DNA from: Octopus sinensis
Taxonomy: Eukaryota
Direction of reading: 5' to 3'
NCBI RefSeq assembly: GCF_006345805.1
Contig: NC_042997.1
Span: 213,094,001 to 213,158,000, forward strand
DNA: 64,000 bases
The notes below the pieces were generated by a model. The model was not told the DNA's origin. It ran no database searches and saw only the letters and a list, made by a program, of their open reading frames with translations. This document shows, piece by piece, positions 51,589-63,600 of the stretch. Numbering within the stretch: the stretch's first letter is position 1; each line of letters opens with the position of its first letter. Position numbers and translations under genes: made by a program.

Positions 51589-51590
<2 letters not shown>
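51409..51590 (+). mobile_element. ~180-bp TA-inserted repeat with hammerhead-like motif
   Basis: cttt ctgtagaaga gcgtaggctc gaaa cg ta taag at 51463-51498; second copy at 27753-27935. Confidence 0.75.
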
Positions 51591-51648
<58 letters not shown>

Positions 51649-51840
51649 AAATATTGAATTTCTAAATCTCTCGTAGAGACATGTACGGTGGTGGGGCGAT
51701 AGAATGGTTGTATACTGTCAATCTAACAAGAACGTGACAGTAGGGGGTACACCACCGCTGTATAGCCCTGATAGCTTTGACACATTTTTTCCCTGCGTCC
51801 TTATATACATATACGAAGGGGAGACAAACACCCCCGGCTG

Positions 51841-51911
51841 CCGGAACTGCATCTAGGGACACCGTGTTTCAGGATCGTTGTCCTTCATCGGCCTAGAGTA
51901 GCAGACACCGG
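51841..51911 (-). ncRNA. type I hammerhead, U4C variant core (CCGAUGA)
   Basis: Reverse complement reads TCTAGG CCGATGA AGGA CAACGA TCCT GAAA CACGGTG TC CCTAGA. Confidence 0.75.
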
Positions 51912-52253
51912 TCAGCCGGTGATATTTGCCTCGACTTCGTAATTGTATATATTTATATTCAGTGAAGTTTATTCACTGATTATCAAAATAAGAAATATTG
52001 AATTTCTAAATCTTTCGTAGAGACATGTACGGTGGTGGGGCGATAGAATGGTTGTATACTGTCAATTTAACAAGAACGTGACAGTAGGGGGTACTTCGTA
52101 ATTGTATATATCTATATTCTATCGTCCCACCACCGTACATGTCTCTACGAGAGATTTAGAAATTCAATATTTCTTATTTTGATAATCAGTGAATAAACTT
52201 CACTGAATATAAATATATACAATTACGAAGTCGAGGCAAATATCACTGACTGA

Positions 52254-52324
52254 CCGGTATCTGCTACTCTAGGCTGATGAAGGACAACGATCCTGAAACA
52301 CGGTGTCCCTAGATGCAGTTCCGG
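52254..52324 (+). ncRNA. type I hammerhead ribozyme with intact core
   Basis: TCTAGG CTGATGA(52274-80) AGGA caacga TCCT GAAA(52295-98) CA cgg TG TC CCTAGA. Stem I is extended by CTGC/GCAG and CCGG/CCGG; predicted cleavage after C52307. Confidence 0.9.
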
Positions 52325-52565
52325 CAGCTGGGGTTGTTTGTCTCCCCTTCGTATATGTATATAAGGACACAGGGAAAAAATGTGTCAAAGCTATCAGGAG
52401 GCGTTCGATGCTTCCTAGGGCTATACAGCGGTGGTGTACCCCCTACTGTCACGTTCTTGTTAGATTGACAGTATACAACCATTCTATATATATATATATA
52501 AGCAGGAATGCTAGTTCTAAGATCTCTCTAAGAGATCAACACAGTAGTTATACTAACAAGTAATA

Positions 52566-52922
52566 TTCGTAGCCACTTTAACATAGCTGTCTGTTCAAGT
52601 GGACATATCTTCTAGCTGGTTAATGATGCACGACTGCATCCAATAAAATTGCAAGCAGGGGAGTGAACCCCTACCATCTCCTTGTGATGGGATCAGTAGA
52701 CCAGTCCTGGTTTCGGGCTGTCTCTGCCACTCCTCAGTAGTGGACACTTCGTCTGCTAGAGATGATAGCAGCTCGCTTCTGCATGCAATAAATATATTTC
52801 AAGGGAACACACAGTCACTGCTCCCCTGTTCGCAATTTTATCGGATGCAGCTGTGCATCATTAACCATCTAGAGGAGATGTCTTCTTGGGGTTAAAAAAT
52901 CGCATGTTAAAGTGGCTGCGAG
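52566..52922. mobile_element. MITE with ~100-bp imperfect TIRs and TA flanks (Tc1/mariner-type)
   Basis: ta|ttcgtagccactttaacat...ggttaatgatgcac..ctgcatcc.ataaaattgc..gcagggga versus its reverse complement ending atgttaaagtggctgcgag|ta. Confidence 0.8.
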
Positions 52923-53244
52923 TATGTATATACATATATATACAATTATACAGAAAGGTAGGCATATTGATAGATAGATAAATATACAAACACCCATACA
53001 TACATGCATGCATATACAAACTCATATATATGTACCAATATACAAACACATACATATCTATGATTCAACTTACTCCACACAATCACTATTGCTGTACTCT
53101 TTGCTTTTGTTTGATGTTATCTTTTTTATGTTTCACATTTATTTTTCCTCATCAGGATTAAATATAGAACATTGAAATTTAATCATTGATCAGTATACAT
53201 TTACAACCTAATTTAGATATACATCAGTCTCTCTTCTTCACTCT

Positions 53245-53272
53245 TATTCTCTCTCTCTCTCTCTCTCTTTCG

Positions 53273-53329
<57 letters not shown>

Positions 53330-53377
53330 TATATATGTATGTGTGTGTATATATGTATGTGTGTGTATATATGTGTG

Positions 53378-53410
<33 letters not shown>

Positions 53411-53513
53411 GTGTACATGTATGTAAGTATATATGTGTGTGAATGTATGTATGCATATATATACACACATATGTATATATATATATGTATGCATGTCTGT
53501 ATGTGTGTATATA

Positions 53514-53589
<76 letters not shown>

Positions 53590-53671
53590 GGTGTGTATGT
53601 ATGTATATGTATGCATGTATGTATGTATATATGCATGTATGAATGTATGTGTGTGTGTATATATATACACG

Positions 53672-53704
<33 letters not shown>

Positions 53705-53745
53705 GTACATGTGCATGTACATATGTACGCTTGTACGTATGTATT
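53245..53745. repeat. compound (CT)n/(TA)n/(TG)n/(TATG)n microsatellite
   Basis: Direct reading. Confidence 0.95.
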
Positions 53746-54029
53746 TTCCTTTGATCAAGTATGATTGCAGACAAAACTTGAAATGTAATTATGATAGAAG
53801 TCTGCATTTGAAGTTGAATGAATCCAGTTTTTTGGCTGCAAAGGGAATCGCAGAAACACAAAGACAACCCCGACCCACCAGTCCTCATCACAACTCACCC
53901 AGACACAATTCTTCTCAAAGCAATAAGATTTTGATTTGTTTACCTGTTTATTTTTAACTTCACTAATTTAAAAATACTCGTCTATCATTGCACAGCTAAA
54001 CCGCTTCTCTCTCACTTCCCCCCCCCCAT

Positions 54030-54182
54030 CTCACTCTTTCACCTCTCTCTCTCTCGCTCTCTCTCTCTCTCTCACTCACTCTTAATAAGTACATGCACAC
54101 ACACATGTATATGCATATATATATGTATGTGTATATATATACATATACATATATATATATGTATGTATGTATGTTTGTATGC

Positions 54183-54214
<32 letters not shown>

Positions 54215-54255
54215 GACACCCACACATATGTATGCATGTGACATATATATATATA

Positions 54256-54327
<72 letters not shown>

Positions 54328-54480
54328 TGTACATGCATTTTATACAGGCAGACAGATGAACAGATGGACAGACGAACAGACTGACAGACAGATACACTGA
54401 CACACAGACAGATAGATAGATAGATAGATAGATAGTGAGATAAAGATATAGATATACGCACACATATGCATACACGTGTA
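54030..54480. repeat. compound (CT)n/(TA)n/(GACA)n/(GATA)n microsatellite
   Basis: Direct reading. Confidence 0.9.
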
Positions 54481-55104
54481 TATTTCAATTTTGATTTAAC
54501 TTTTTTATATATATAAGTTCTGCTACGAGCATGTGCTTTTGGTAATATATTTATTTTATTTTGATATATAATATATATATAATATAATATAAATAATATA
54601 TATATATATATGTATATATACTTTATGTGATCAATAAAATAATTTACATAAAAATATGGGTAAAAACCTTATATGAGTGCACATTTGTTTGCATAGGACG
54701 CAATCAAAAGGTTTTAAGAAAGAAAAAGTTAATTGAAAATTGTCAGAGTGTAAACATGAAATGCATTTTTATATTTAAAAAAAAAAATATTTCGAAACGT
54801 TAATTTTAGTTGTGTTAACATCAAATAGAATAGGAGTAATATAGCAAATAATGGCATTTATCTAAGTTCGGCTCATTTTCAAAAGTTGTTTATCTTTACA
54901 CACACACACTGCGCACACACACACACACACACACGTGCATGCATTCATATATCATTTGTTTCAAGCGAGCAACTATTAAAAATGACATAAACTATTACAA
55001 ATAATAATGGCAGTAAAATGAATGACAAATCTATGCAACAGATTAAATAATCTTTTATAAACAGCAGAAATTAAGTGAGAGTTGAAAAAAGAGAGATAAA
55101 GTTT

Positions 55105-55392
55105 TCAAGCCCTTCTCTCTCTCTCTCTCTCTCTCTCTCCTCCTCTCTCCTCTCTCTCTCCTCTCTCTCCTCCCTCTCTCTCCCTCTCTCCCCTCTCTCT
55201 CCCCTCTCTCTCCCCTCTCTCTCCCCTCTCTCTCCCCTCTCTCTCCCCTCTCTCTCCCCTCTCTCTCCCCTCTCTCTCTTTCCCCTCTCTCCCCTCTCTC
55301 TCCCTCTCTCTCCCTCTCTCTCCCCTCTCTCTCCTCTCTCCCTTCTCTCTCTCCTCTCTCTCTCACTCTCTCTCCTCTCTCTCTCTCTCTGC
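55105..55392. repeat. ~290-bp pure polypyrimidine (CT/CCC) tract
   Basis: Only C and T apart from one A near the end. Confidence 0.95.
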
Positions 55393-55879
55393 CTCACTCG
55401 TGTCTTCTTACTGCTATTTCCTGAGGTGAAACTGACCATTGCTTGTCCACAATATGCCCACCCATTCCCACAGCCCCACCACCTATACCAGAAATTTCTT
55501 CTCCTATACTGGAAATCCTTACAGGGCTTTGCCTCGCTTCTGTACCAGAAGACTTTCATAGTTCCCTCCCCTCAACCACCACCACCACCACCAACAACAA
55601 TCAACCACACTACTGCATGCACCAAAAGATGTCTTACTTAGTAAATTAACAAGAAAAACCCTACCCCTTTCTCTATATATATAATGGACTAACCAATAAT
55701 GGCTCATTCACTTAATTTAAACATTGACCTATTTATGCTTGCAGCAATAGTGCTTATATTTACAATGTGTAAATTACACTCACCCCCAATAGGGGCAACA
55801 ATTTTAACATTTGGATGATGGTAGGTTAAAGTGAGAACAACTGATGTGGCATGTCTTTTATCAAACAATCTACTTTTCA

Positions 55880-56940
55880 GGTGCTGGATACCATCTCTCC
55901 TTTTCATGTTCCCTCCCACATCATTTTCCCAGTTTTCAGAGTTGGCAGTGTCAATGTAGGCACATTGAAAGGTAGATCTGGTGAGATTGCTGAGATGCTT
56001 GAATGGAGGCATGTTGACATATGTTGTATTCAAGTGGTAAGGTGGAGAGGAGCTTCAGCTAGGTTCCTTGCAGTCAAGACACAGAGGTATTAAATCTTCT
56101 GGGAAGGTAACATCGACAGGGTAGGTAGTGTAGGCATACTTCTTGCTGAGAAATGAGTGGATACGGTCATAGAGGTAGTCAGAATGTGCGAGAGAGTACT
56201 TAAGGTCAGGCTAGTCTTGCAGAATAGTATAGTGACAATTATCTCTGCCAATACTCCCTAAGGGGGGGCCTACCAAATTCACAAAAGACCACTTTTATAA
56301 TATTCTTCTGCAGGCTACCTCAAAGATGAGTGACAATGATCATATCTTCATAGCTGGGGATTTCAATGGGCATGGCGGACAGCAGCTCAGTATCTTCCTT
56401 GAAGTACAGAGGGAACATGGAATTGATTCCTGAAATGAATAGGGAATAAGGCTCCTGGAGTTCTGTAATACAAATAACCTTTTGATCTGCAACACCAACT
56501 TCAGGAAGCCAGCCACCTGATAACCTAACAATTGGGTGGCTATGCTAGCCAGATCGATTACATTCTCACTTGACAGCAGGGTGCATGGTTGCTCCTTAAT
56601 ACAAAGACTCTCCCGGGTGAAGAATGTACCCATCCCCACCCCAGCATAGACTAATCGTTAATGATTTTAGCCTCCAGACCAGAAGGATGCTATGAATCAG
56701 AATAATCTGGAAAAGAAGGATTTGGAAGCTTAAGGACCCTTCATATGGTCAGAGATTTAGGGGGCACTCTAATTGAGAAATTTGATGAGGAGGAGGAACT
56801 TCAGGCTTGTAAGAACAACTAGGAATTCCTGCAAGACAGCTTGCTGAGCACCACAGACCAAATCTGTGGCTGGTGCAAAGTCCCATCCAGACCTAGGTGG
56901 TGGAATGATACTGTAGACAAGGTCATTAGAGCAAAGAAAC
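55880..56940 (+). mobile_element. RTE LINE 5' part: APE endonuclease region, decayed
   Basis: FRVGSVNVGTLKGRSGEIAEMLEWRHVDICCIQ, then IAGDFNGH, CNTNFRK, IDYIL and QHRL motifs across stops and frameshifts. Confidence 0.85.
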
Positions 56941-58113
56941 ATAATCATCTTCATTATCATTTAACATCTATGTTTCATACTGGTGTGGGTTGAACGGTTT
57001 GACAGCACCTGATGCATTCAAAGACTGCATCTACAGTTGCACACTCTTCCTAACGCCAACCACTTCCCTGCATGTAATCCTTGTTTGTTTGTTTTATGCC
57101 ACCATCACCAGTGATGGCACCACATAGTTTGAAAGGCCGAGGACCCTGAAGAATGGGGTGGCTTTATACTAGGAGATGATGAGAGATTGAAGTATAAGGG
57201 AAGGAGAGAGAGTAGGTTTCTTGCTTTGGAGGAGTTCCATGGCACTTCGTATTAGAAGAGAGATTGAAAATGATCAGGTGGAGCTTGAGGTGAACAGGTG
57301 AATAGAAGTGAGGGAGATCAGACGAATGGTGGGGGGGGTGAAAGAGTATAAGTAAGAATGACAGAGGGTGAAATGAAGGAGGAGAGGGGAGACGGGTCAC
57401 AGCTGTTAAGATGGGGTTGGGTCAAAGGATGGCTGTAATGAATGGTGGATAAGGGGTGGGGTACAGCTATTGATGAATGGGTTGGAGAAAGAGGTAGAAG
57501 GATGCTGAAAAAAATACTTATTAATTCAATTTTGATGGTTATATGTTATGATCAATTATTAAGTTTGGTGTTATTAATTAAAGATTTTTAGCAATTGGGG
57601 GTTTGTAACCTGTTATTATTGTTATTAGGAAGGGTTGTTTCCCATCTTCATGGATTCTATAAATTATAACTGAGGACATTTGTAATTAGAAACACACCAT
57701 ATGTTTTTCTTTAAATCTTTGGTTGTTTTAAATTGTTCTTCTTGGCGTTATGCTCCTGTTTGTGTTAGCTCTTCTAATTTCATGCTTCTTTTGATCAAAT
57801 TTATTTCCATTAATTAAAACTTCCACTGTTTTCCACTGTAAGGCACTTTGTTACAGAACAGAACCATCCTAGTTTATTGTAATAAACAAATTATTCCTTT
57901 TTGTTGCTATTATCATTGTTGTTTTTGTAGCTGTTGTTGTTGTTTTTGAATACTGTTGAATTTAAAAGAAATACAGAATCACTGAGGGTTTCTTTGATGA
58001 TTGAATGCTTCTCTTGGTTGTTATTGTTTTTCTTTACAACACTGATCCAAATATTGGTAATTTATTTGTTCTTATTACCAATAACCTTGTTTCATTTCAA
58101 TTAGGTCTTCTTC

Positions 58114-58161
<48 letters not shown>

Positions 58162-58339
58162 GTTATTATTCAAATGGTTGGTGCACTTAAAGAATTCCTT
58201 TAAAGTTTCTGTCTTTTCCTGCATCATTGAATTTGGTAATAATTTTGTTTTGATTTGGTAATGATGAAAAAACGTTGGTGAGCTTACAGCTATTTTTATA
58301 TTAGAGAGACAAATGACTGAAAGAAATATCTAAGGCATA

Positions 58340-58578
58340 CACACACATATTTACATAGGTATATGTATATATATATATATGTATATATATATATTATATA
58401 TATATATATATATATGTGTATATATATATGTGTATATATATGTGTATATATGTGTATATTGTGTATATATGTGTATATTGTGTATATATGTGTATTATAT
58501 ATATATATATATAATATATATATGTGTATATATGTATATATATATATATATATATGTGTGTATATATATATGTGTGTG

Positions 58579-58616
<38 letters not shown>

Positions 58617-58770
58617 GAAACATAGGAGAAGGAAGATCCAGAGAAGGGAGACAGAGGAAAAAAAATTGCCATGGTACACATGAGGTATATATATATATAT
58701 ACCTCATGTGTACCATTGGCAATTTTTTCCTCTGTCTTCCCTTCTCTGGATCTTTCCTTCTCCTATGTTC

Positions 58771-58813
<43 letters not shown>

Positions 58814-59128
58814 TATATATATATATATTATACACATATATATATATATATATATACATATATACACATATATACACATATATACACATATATATATATA
58901 TATAATATATATATATATAATATATATATATATACCTCATGTGTACCATTGGCAATTTTTTTCCTCTGTCTTCCTTCTCTGGATCTTTCCTTCTCCTATG
59001 TTTCCAACAAAGAGCTCCGCTCGAAACGTTAAACCCTCTTACTTTCCTTCTTTCCTGAGCGTCCAATAATACTATATTTGTTCCATGTCTGCGCATTGTT
59101 GTGTTTTTTTGTGCTTTCTTGTTTGGAT

Positions 59129-59182
<54 letters not shown>
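58340..59182. repeat. (TA)n/(TG)n tract containing a ~200-bp element plus inverted and direct partial copies
   Basis: 58612-58686 is inverted relative to 58700-58775; the longer copy is at 58934-59132. Confidence 0.85.
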
Positions 59183-59184
<2 letters not shown>

Positions 59185-59289
59185 TATGTATATGTGTGTG
59201 TGGTGTGTGTGTGTGTTGGCATTAGGAAGGGCATCCAGCCATAGAAACCATACCAAAACAGACAGGAAGACCGAATAGCTCTTCAGTTC

Positions 59290-60470
59290 AAGTGGTTCTA
59301 AACAGTGCTGTTTTCTGCAGGTGCTCCACCCTTATTGCAGCCCCTTTTTGTTCCACATACTTCTCGAGATATTTGCTCACTGTTCTCAGGGCTCCGACAA
59401 TTATTGATACTACTACTACTACCTTTTCATCGACCACAACTACTTAACTTCCCAAGCTAACCTGTCATATCTCTCAACTTTTCTTTCTCCCTTATCGCAT
59501 ACCTTGTTGTCAGCTGGGCATGTTATAATCTATGATCCAGTATAGTTTGTTTTCTTTCTCAATTAAGACTATACCCAGCTTCATCATCATCATCATCGTT
59601 TAACGTCCACTTTCCATGCTAGCATGGGTTGGACAATTTGACTGAGGTCTGGTGAACCAGATGGCTGCACCAGACTCCAATCTGATCTGGCAGAGTTTCT
59701 ACAGCTGGATGTATTCTCTATCGCATTGTCGCACTGAATCATAAAATCCCATACGATCTTTGCATTTCTATTTTCAACGATGCCTTCAGGTTTGTGGTCA
59801 TACCAATTTTTTGCTCTGTCAAGTCCATACTTGCTGCAAAGACTCCAGTGGACAATCCTTGCTATATTGCCATGACAGCTCTTAAATTCTTTCTGAGCTA
59901 GTGGCATACATTGGCTGGTAATATGTCATACGGTTTCACCGTTTTGTCCACAGGTTCTGCACTTACCACTTTCTGCTGTGTTTTCTATTCTGTATTTGAT
60001 GTAATTCATTCTTAGTGCTTGCTCTTGGGCAGCACAGTTTAGAGCCTCCATTTCCAGTTTTAAATCACTTTTAGTCATCCACAGCCATCTTTTTCCTCTG
60101 TCTGTCGTATCTTCAACATCCCTATGAATTTGTCCATGCATTCTTTTCTTTGCTCACCTATTTTCAGTTTCATTCATTCTCAAGTGCTTGTACAATGCTT
60201 TATCTTTGCAATCTTCCATCCTACACAAGCCTGCCCTTCTTACTTCTAATAATAGTGGTTCTCTGGCATTTTTTATATACCATGCTATGTTATTTTCTTC
60301 TGCTCTAATGCTGTGTTCATATCCAATCAGTCCTCTTCCCACTCTTTTTCACAGTCTGTCTGTGTCACCTTTTGGGTGGAGTGACCTATATTTAGTTAGC
60401 AACTTCCTTGTCTTTCTGTCTAAGCTGTTTATTTCATCTACTGTCCATGTGATTACCCCTGCTTAATTGA
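59290..60470 (-). mobile_element. R4/Dong-like LINE 3' part (second family), interrupted by an RTE tail at 59581-59712
   Basis: MHGQIHRD...AAQEQAL...CRTCGQNGETV.HI, HGNIARIVHWSLC, IVWDFMIQCD, and an RLE-like CPADNKV...KVERY reading. Confidence 0.85.
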
Positions 60471-61056
60471 GCAGGGTCACCTCCTACCTGAGGTGGGTAG
60501 AGTTCTGTCAGTTTTCTTGCTTACTAGGACCTTAGTCATAGCTAAGTTAAGCTTAAGGCCTTTAGATTCCAGGTTTTGCTGGTGTGTGTGCTCTGATCAA
60601 ACTCTTGGGAATTTCAATATTAACAACAGGATATTTTTGTTTGTTTGTTTGTATGTATGTATGTGTTTCATTTTTATTTAAATCAAAGTTCTTCTCAAAA
60701 GCATTCAAGCTGATTGCTAAGAAAGCAACAAGACTTATTGAGTTCAGAAAGATCCTGCAGTCTGTGAATATGTGTTTGAGTTGGTGTGTTGGTTCAACTG
60801 TTGATGCATACACCCAAGTGTGTGTGTCTATTCACATAAGAATCTCACATGGAGAATTTCTGGAATGTCTTACCAATCTTCACTGTGCCACTAATAAATT
60901 GTATCTGGAGAATCTGCATCAGCTTCTTTTAATTTTTCCCAATGAAACAAAGTATTTCTAGGTTTTTAAGCAAGTTTGTTGGTGCCTAACCTAATGCCTC
61001 TATGATGATAGTTACAAATGAGAATTCATAGTCAGAGTACAAGAGCTGTAAGTTCC

Positions 61057-61248
61057 ATCATCATCATGATCATCATTTAACGTCTGTTTTCCGCGCTAGC
61101 ACGGGTTGGACGGTTCGACCGGGGTCTGGGAATCCAGGAGCTGCACCAGGCTCCAGTCTGATCTGGCAGAGTTTCTACAGCTGGATACCCTTTCTAACGC
61201 CAACCACTCCGCGAGTGTAGTGGGTGCTTTTTACGTGCCACCTGCACA
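61057..61248 (-). mobile_element. RTE-LINE 3' tail copy
   Basis: Family tail. Confidence 0.85.
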
Positions 61249-61621
61249 GTATCCAATGGACAATTGTCCATGCATTCTTTATAATGGAATTGAAGGCTTA
61301 TGACACGTGTGGAGTATCTCCTTCTCCCATTATAATTATTTCTGTAGTCTTCAGGATCTGGAACACAAAGAAGTTTACAAGCAGAGTGCAATTCAATAGT
61401 CATTTACTTTAATTCTCGTTCATATGGTTTGCTCCCAGTAATCATCTTTATGGCAGCGTGTGGTTCGTTATGGCTCCGTTCACATGAGGTTCGTTACCTC
61501 TGGAGATAACAGGTGAAGTTAGAGCAGGACAAGAGTCTGCTGTGAGTTGCCCGCTTCACAGTGTTTCTCAGCGTAAGCGAGAAGGAAGAAAAAGAAAGAA
61601 TGTCTTAATTCTCCTGCTTAA

Positions 61622-62203
61622 CCCCTTACCCAACAATTATTTTGAAAATAAATGTATTTTTTCAGACATATTTTTAATTATTTTATTTTACTATGTTTTG
61701 AATGGTGATTTCCAGGTATATTTCAAACCTTATTTATTATTAATTTTAATTCAATAATATTGATTTTAAATTACCGCTTTGCGCAGAAACGAGTTAACCA
61801 GTTTTTTTCATAAATCATATTACTTTTACATAAAATCATGTTATTCTATTTGGTTATCGACATGGTGGGGTCATAATATAAAGGTATAAAAAAAACAACG
61901 TAAAAACAAAGTGAATACTTCTATTCATAAAATGTGCCTTCCAACCCTTCGACTGTCTCCAGGTAACTAAATCATACTCGGTCTTCAATGCCTTACTCAA
62001 GCGAAAGGTGGCAGAAATCGTCACTGCCAGACATATAAAGTGAGCGAATATACTCGTATATGTCAAAAAGGAGTTTATAATAGACAAAGGAACTCATTTG
62101 CTGTCGATTTTGGCGAGTCTATCTTTTGACAAGTTAACTCGCCAGAGATAGAAAAAAACGATTTCGGTCAAAACGCATATATTCGTTTCTGCCGGGTAAG
62201 GGG
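61622..62203. mobile_element. piggyBac-type non-autonomous element (582 bp)
   Basis: TTAA|CCCCTTACCC ... GGGTAAGGGG|TTAA: 10-bp TIRs with a TTAA target duplication. Confidence 0.8.
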
Positions 62204-62339
62204 TTAAATAGCCATTGCTGACGAGAGTCTCGCTGTTGTCTCACACATGGCAAATGGTTGCAGGCGAGATCTTGCTCCTGTCTCAGACATGGTAATGGCT
62301 ACTGACGAGATCTCGTACAAAATAGCTACAAATTCACCA

Positions 62340-63600
62340 TAAATGTTCTCTTTTTCCTGGACTTTTGATTGTACATTTACATCTGCTGGGTAGCTGACCT
62401 CCACAACAGTGCATGACTTTTGTTCCCCACCCCCACAGCACAATATCAGGTCTCTTATGATTGCACTAAATTGATGTTTTTATTGGGGTGTTCCACCAGT
62501 ATTCCTTGTTTTTACAGGTGTGAATACCTGCTGGTTCTAACATTCCTTTGATGTATGCGTCAGGGCAGTCCTTTCTGCAGATAGCATTGGAAATAGCCTT
62601 TGCAACTATATCATGCATCAGGGGCACATCCTTCTGGGTGGGATGTAATATATCAATCAGAGCTCCAGGAGAGCCTGCTCTCCCTCTCAATACTGTTGTT
62701 GCCCTCTAGCTTACAGGACACGTACAACCCAAGCATTGCTTTTTGTCCGCTTCTCCTCCTTTGAATCACATCAGACACCTGCACATTCAGAATACCTGTT
62801 CAGTAGTTCTTCTCCAACTCTGAAGTTGTTGTTGTGCTCACTTCTGATAATTCATGGAATCTACCAATTTCTTCCATCACTGTTCAGCAGGTACTGCCTG
62901 AGTGATACAATACAGCACTCAAAGGTCATTTGTGGAGGTGCAATGGCCCAGTGGTTAGGGCAGCGGACTCGCGGTCGTAGGATCGTGGTTTCAATTCCCA
63001 GACCAGGCGTTGTGAGTGTTTATTGAGCGAAAACACCTAAAAGCTCCACGAGGCTCCGGCAGGGGATGGTGGTGATCCCTGCTGTACTCTTTCACCACAA
63101 CTTTCTCTCACTCTTTCTTCCTGTTTCTGTTGTACCTGTATTTCAAAGGGCCAGCCTTGTCACACTCTGTGTCACGCTGAATCTCCTCGAGAACTACGTT
63201 AAGGGTACACGTGTCTGTGGAATGCTCAGCCACTTGCACGTTAATTCCACGAGCAAGCTGTTCCGTTGATCGTATCAGCTGGGACCCTCATCGTCGTAAC
63301 CGGTGGAGTGCTCCCAAAGGTCATTTGGACTGACCTTATGCCTCTACTGTCATCACTTCATCTCTTATAAATCTTTTCAGTGTCACTGCCAGGACAAAAA
63401 ATATTACTGATAAACTATCACCCTGGAAAATGCCCGTCTGTAACAATACGCATTGCTTCAGCAGTTGTCAGTGACAACCGTGTGAACCAATTTGCAGTCA
63501 GTTTTTCAATGGCATTCTCTATAGCAGCTGATACTTTGGCAAGTTGTAGAGTTTCTATGACCCATGAGTGGGGCACAGAGTCAAACACCTTCTTGTAATG
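62340..63600 (-). mobile_element. R4/Dong-like LINE remnant (same family as 15390-16740) split by a SINE
   Basis: EYWWNTPIKTSI and CTVVEVSYPADVNVQSKVQEKENIYG match ORF 15474-15965. Confidence 0.75.
62933..63314 (+). mobile_element. tRNA-derived SINE with 13-bp TSD
   Basis: A box tggcccagtgg and B box-like ggtttcaattcc; CAAAGGTCATTTG at 62920-62932 and 63315-63327. Confidence 0.88.

Larger units (their letters stand above)
51646..52487. mobile_element. hammerhead-bearing 344/365-bp monomer in tandem plus inverted arrangement (retrozyme-like / non-autonomous PLE)
   Basis: Period 344 (aagaaatattgaatt at 51646 and 51990). Inverted monomer at 52116-52487. (TA)n on both sides and one HHR per complete monomer. 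Confidence 0.85.

Noticed and set aside
51662-51862. Duplicated small ORF MSLDAVPAAG... (also 52303-52563)
   Set aside because: Starts at a non-ATG codon inside the hammerhead and reflects the repeat monomer; no evidence of coding.
53186-54488. YI/CV/HT-rich ORFs (also at 14675, 40111, 50782, 58296)
   Set aside because: Microsatellite translations.
55392-55640. GC-richer Pro/Thr-rich ORF (also 53760-53957)
   Set aside because: Low complexity, with no clear splice pair or homology.
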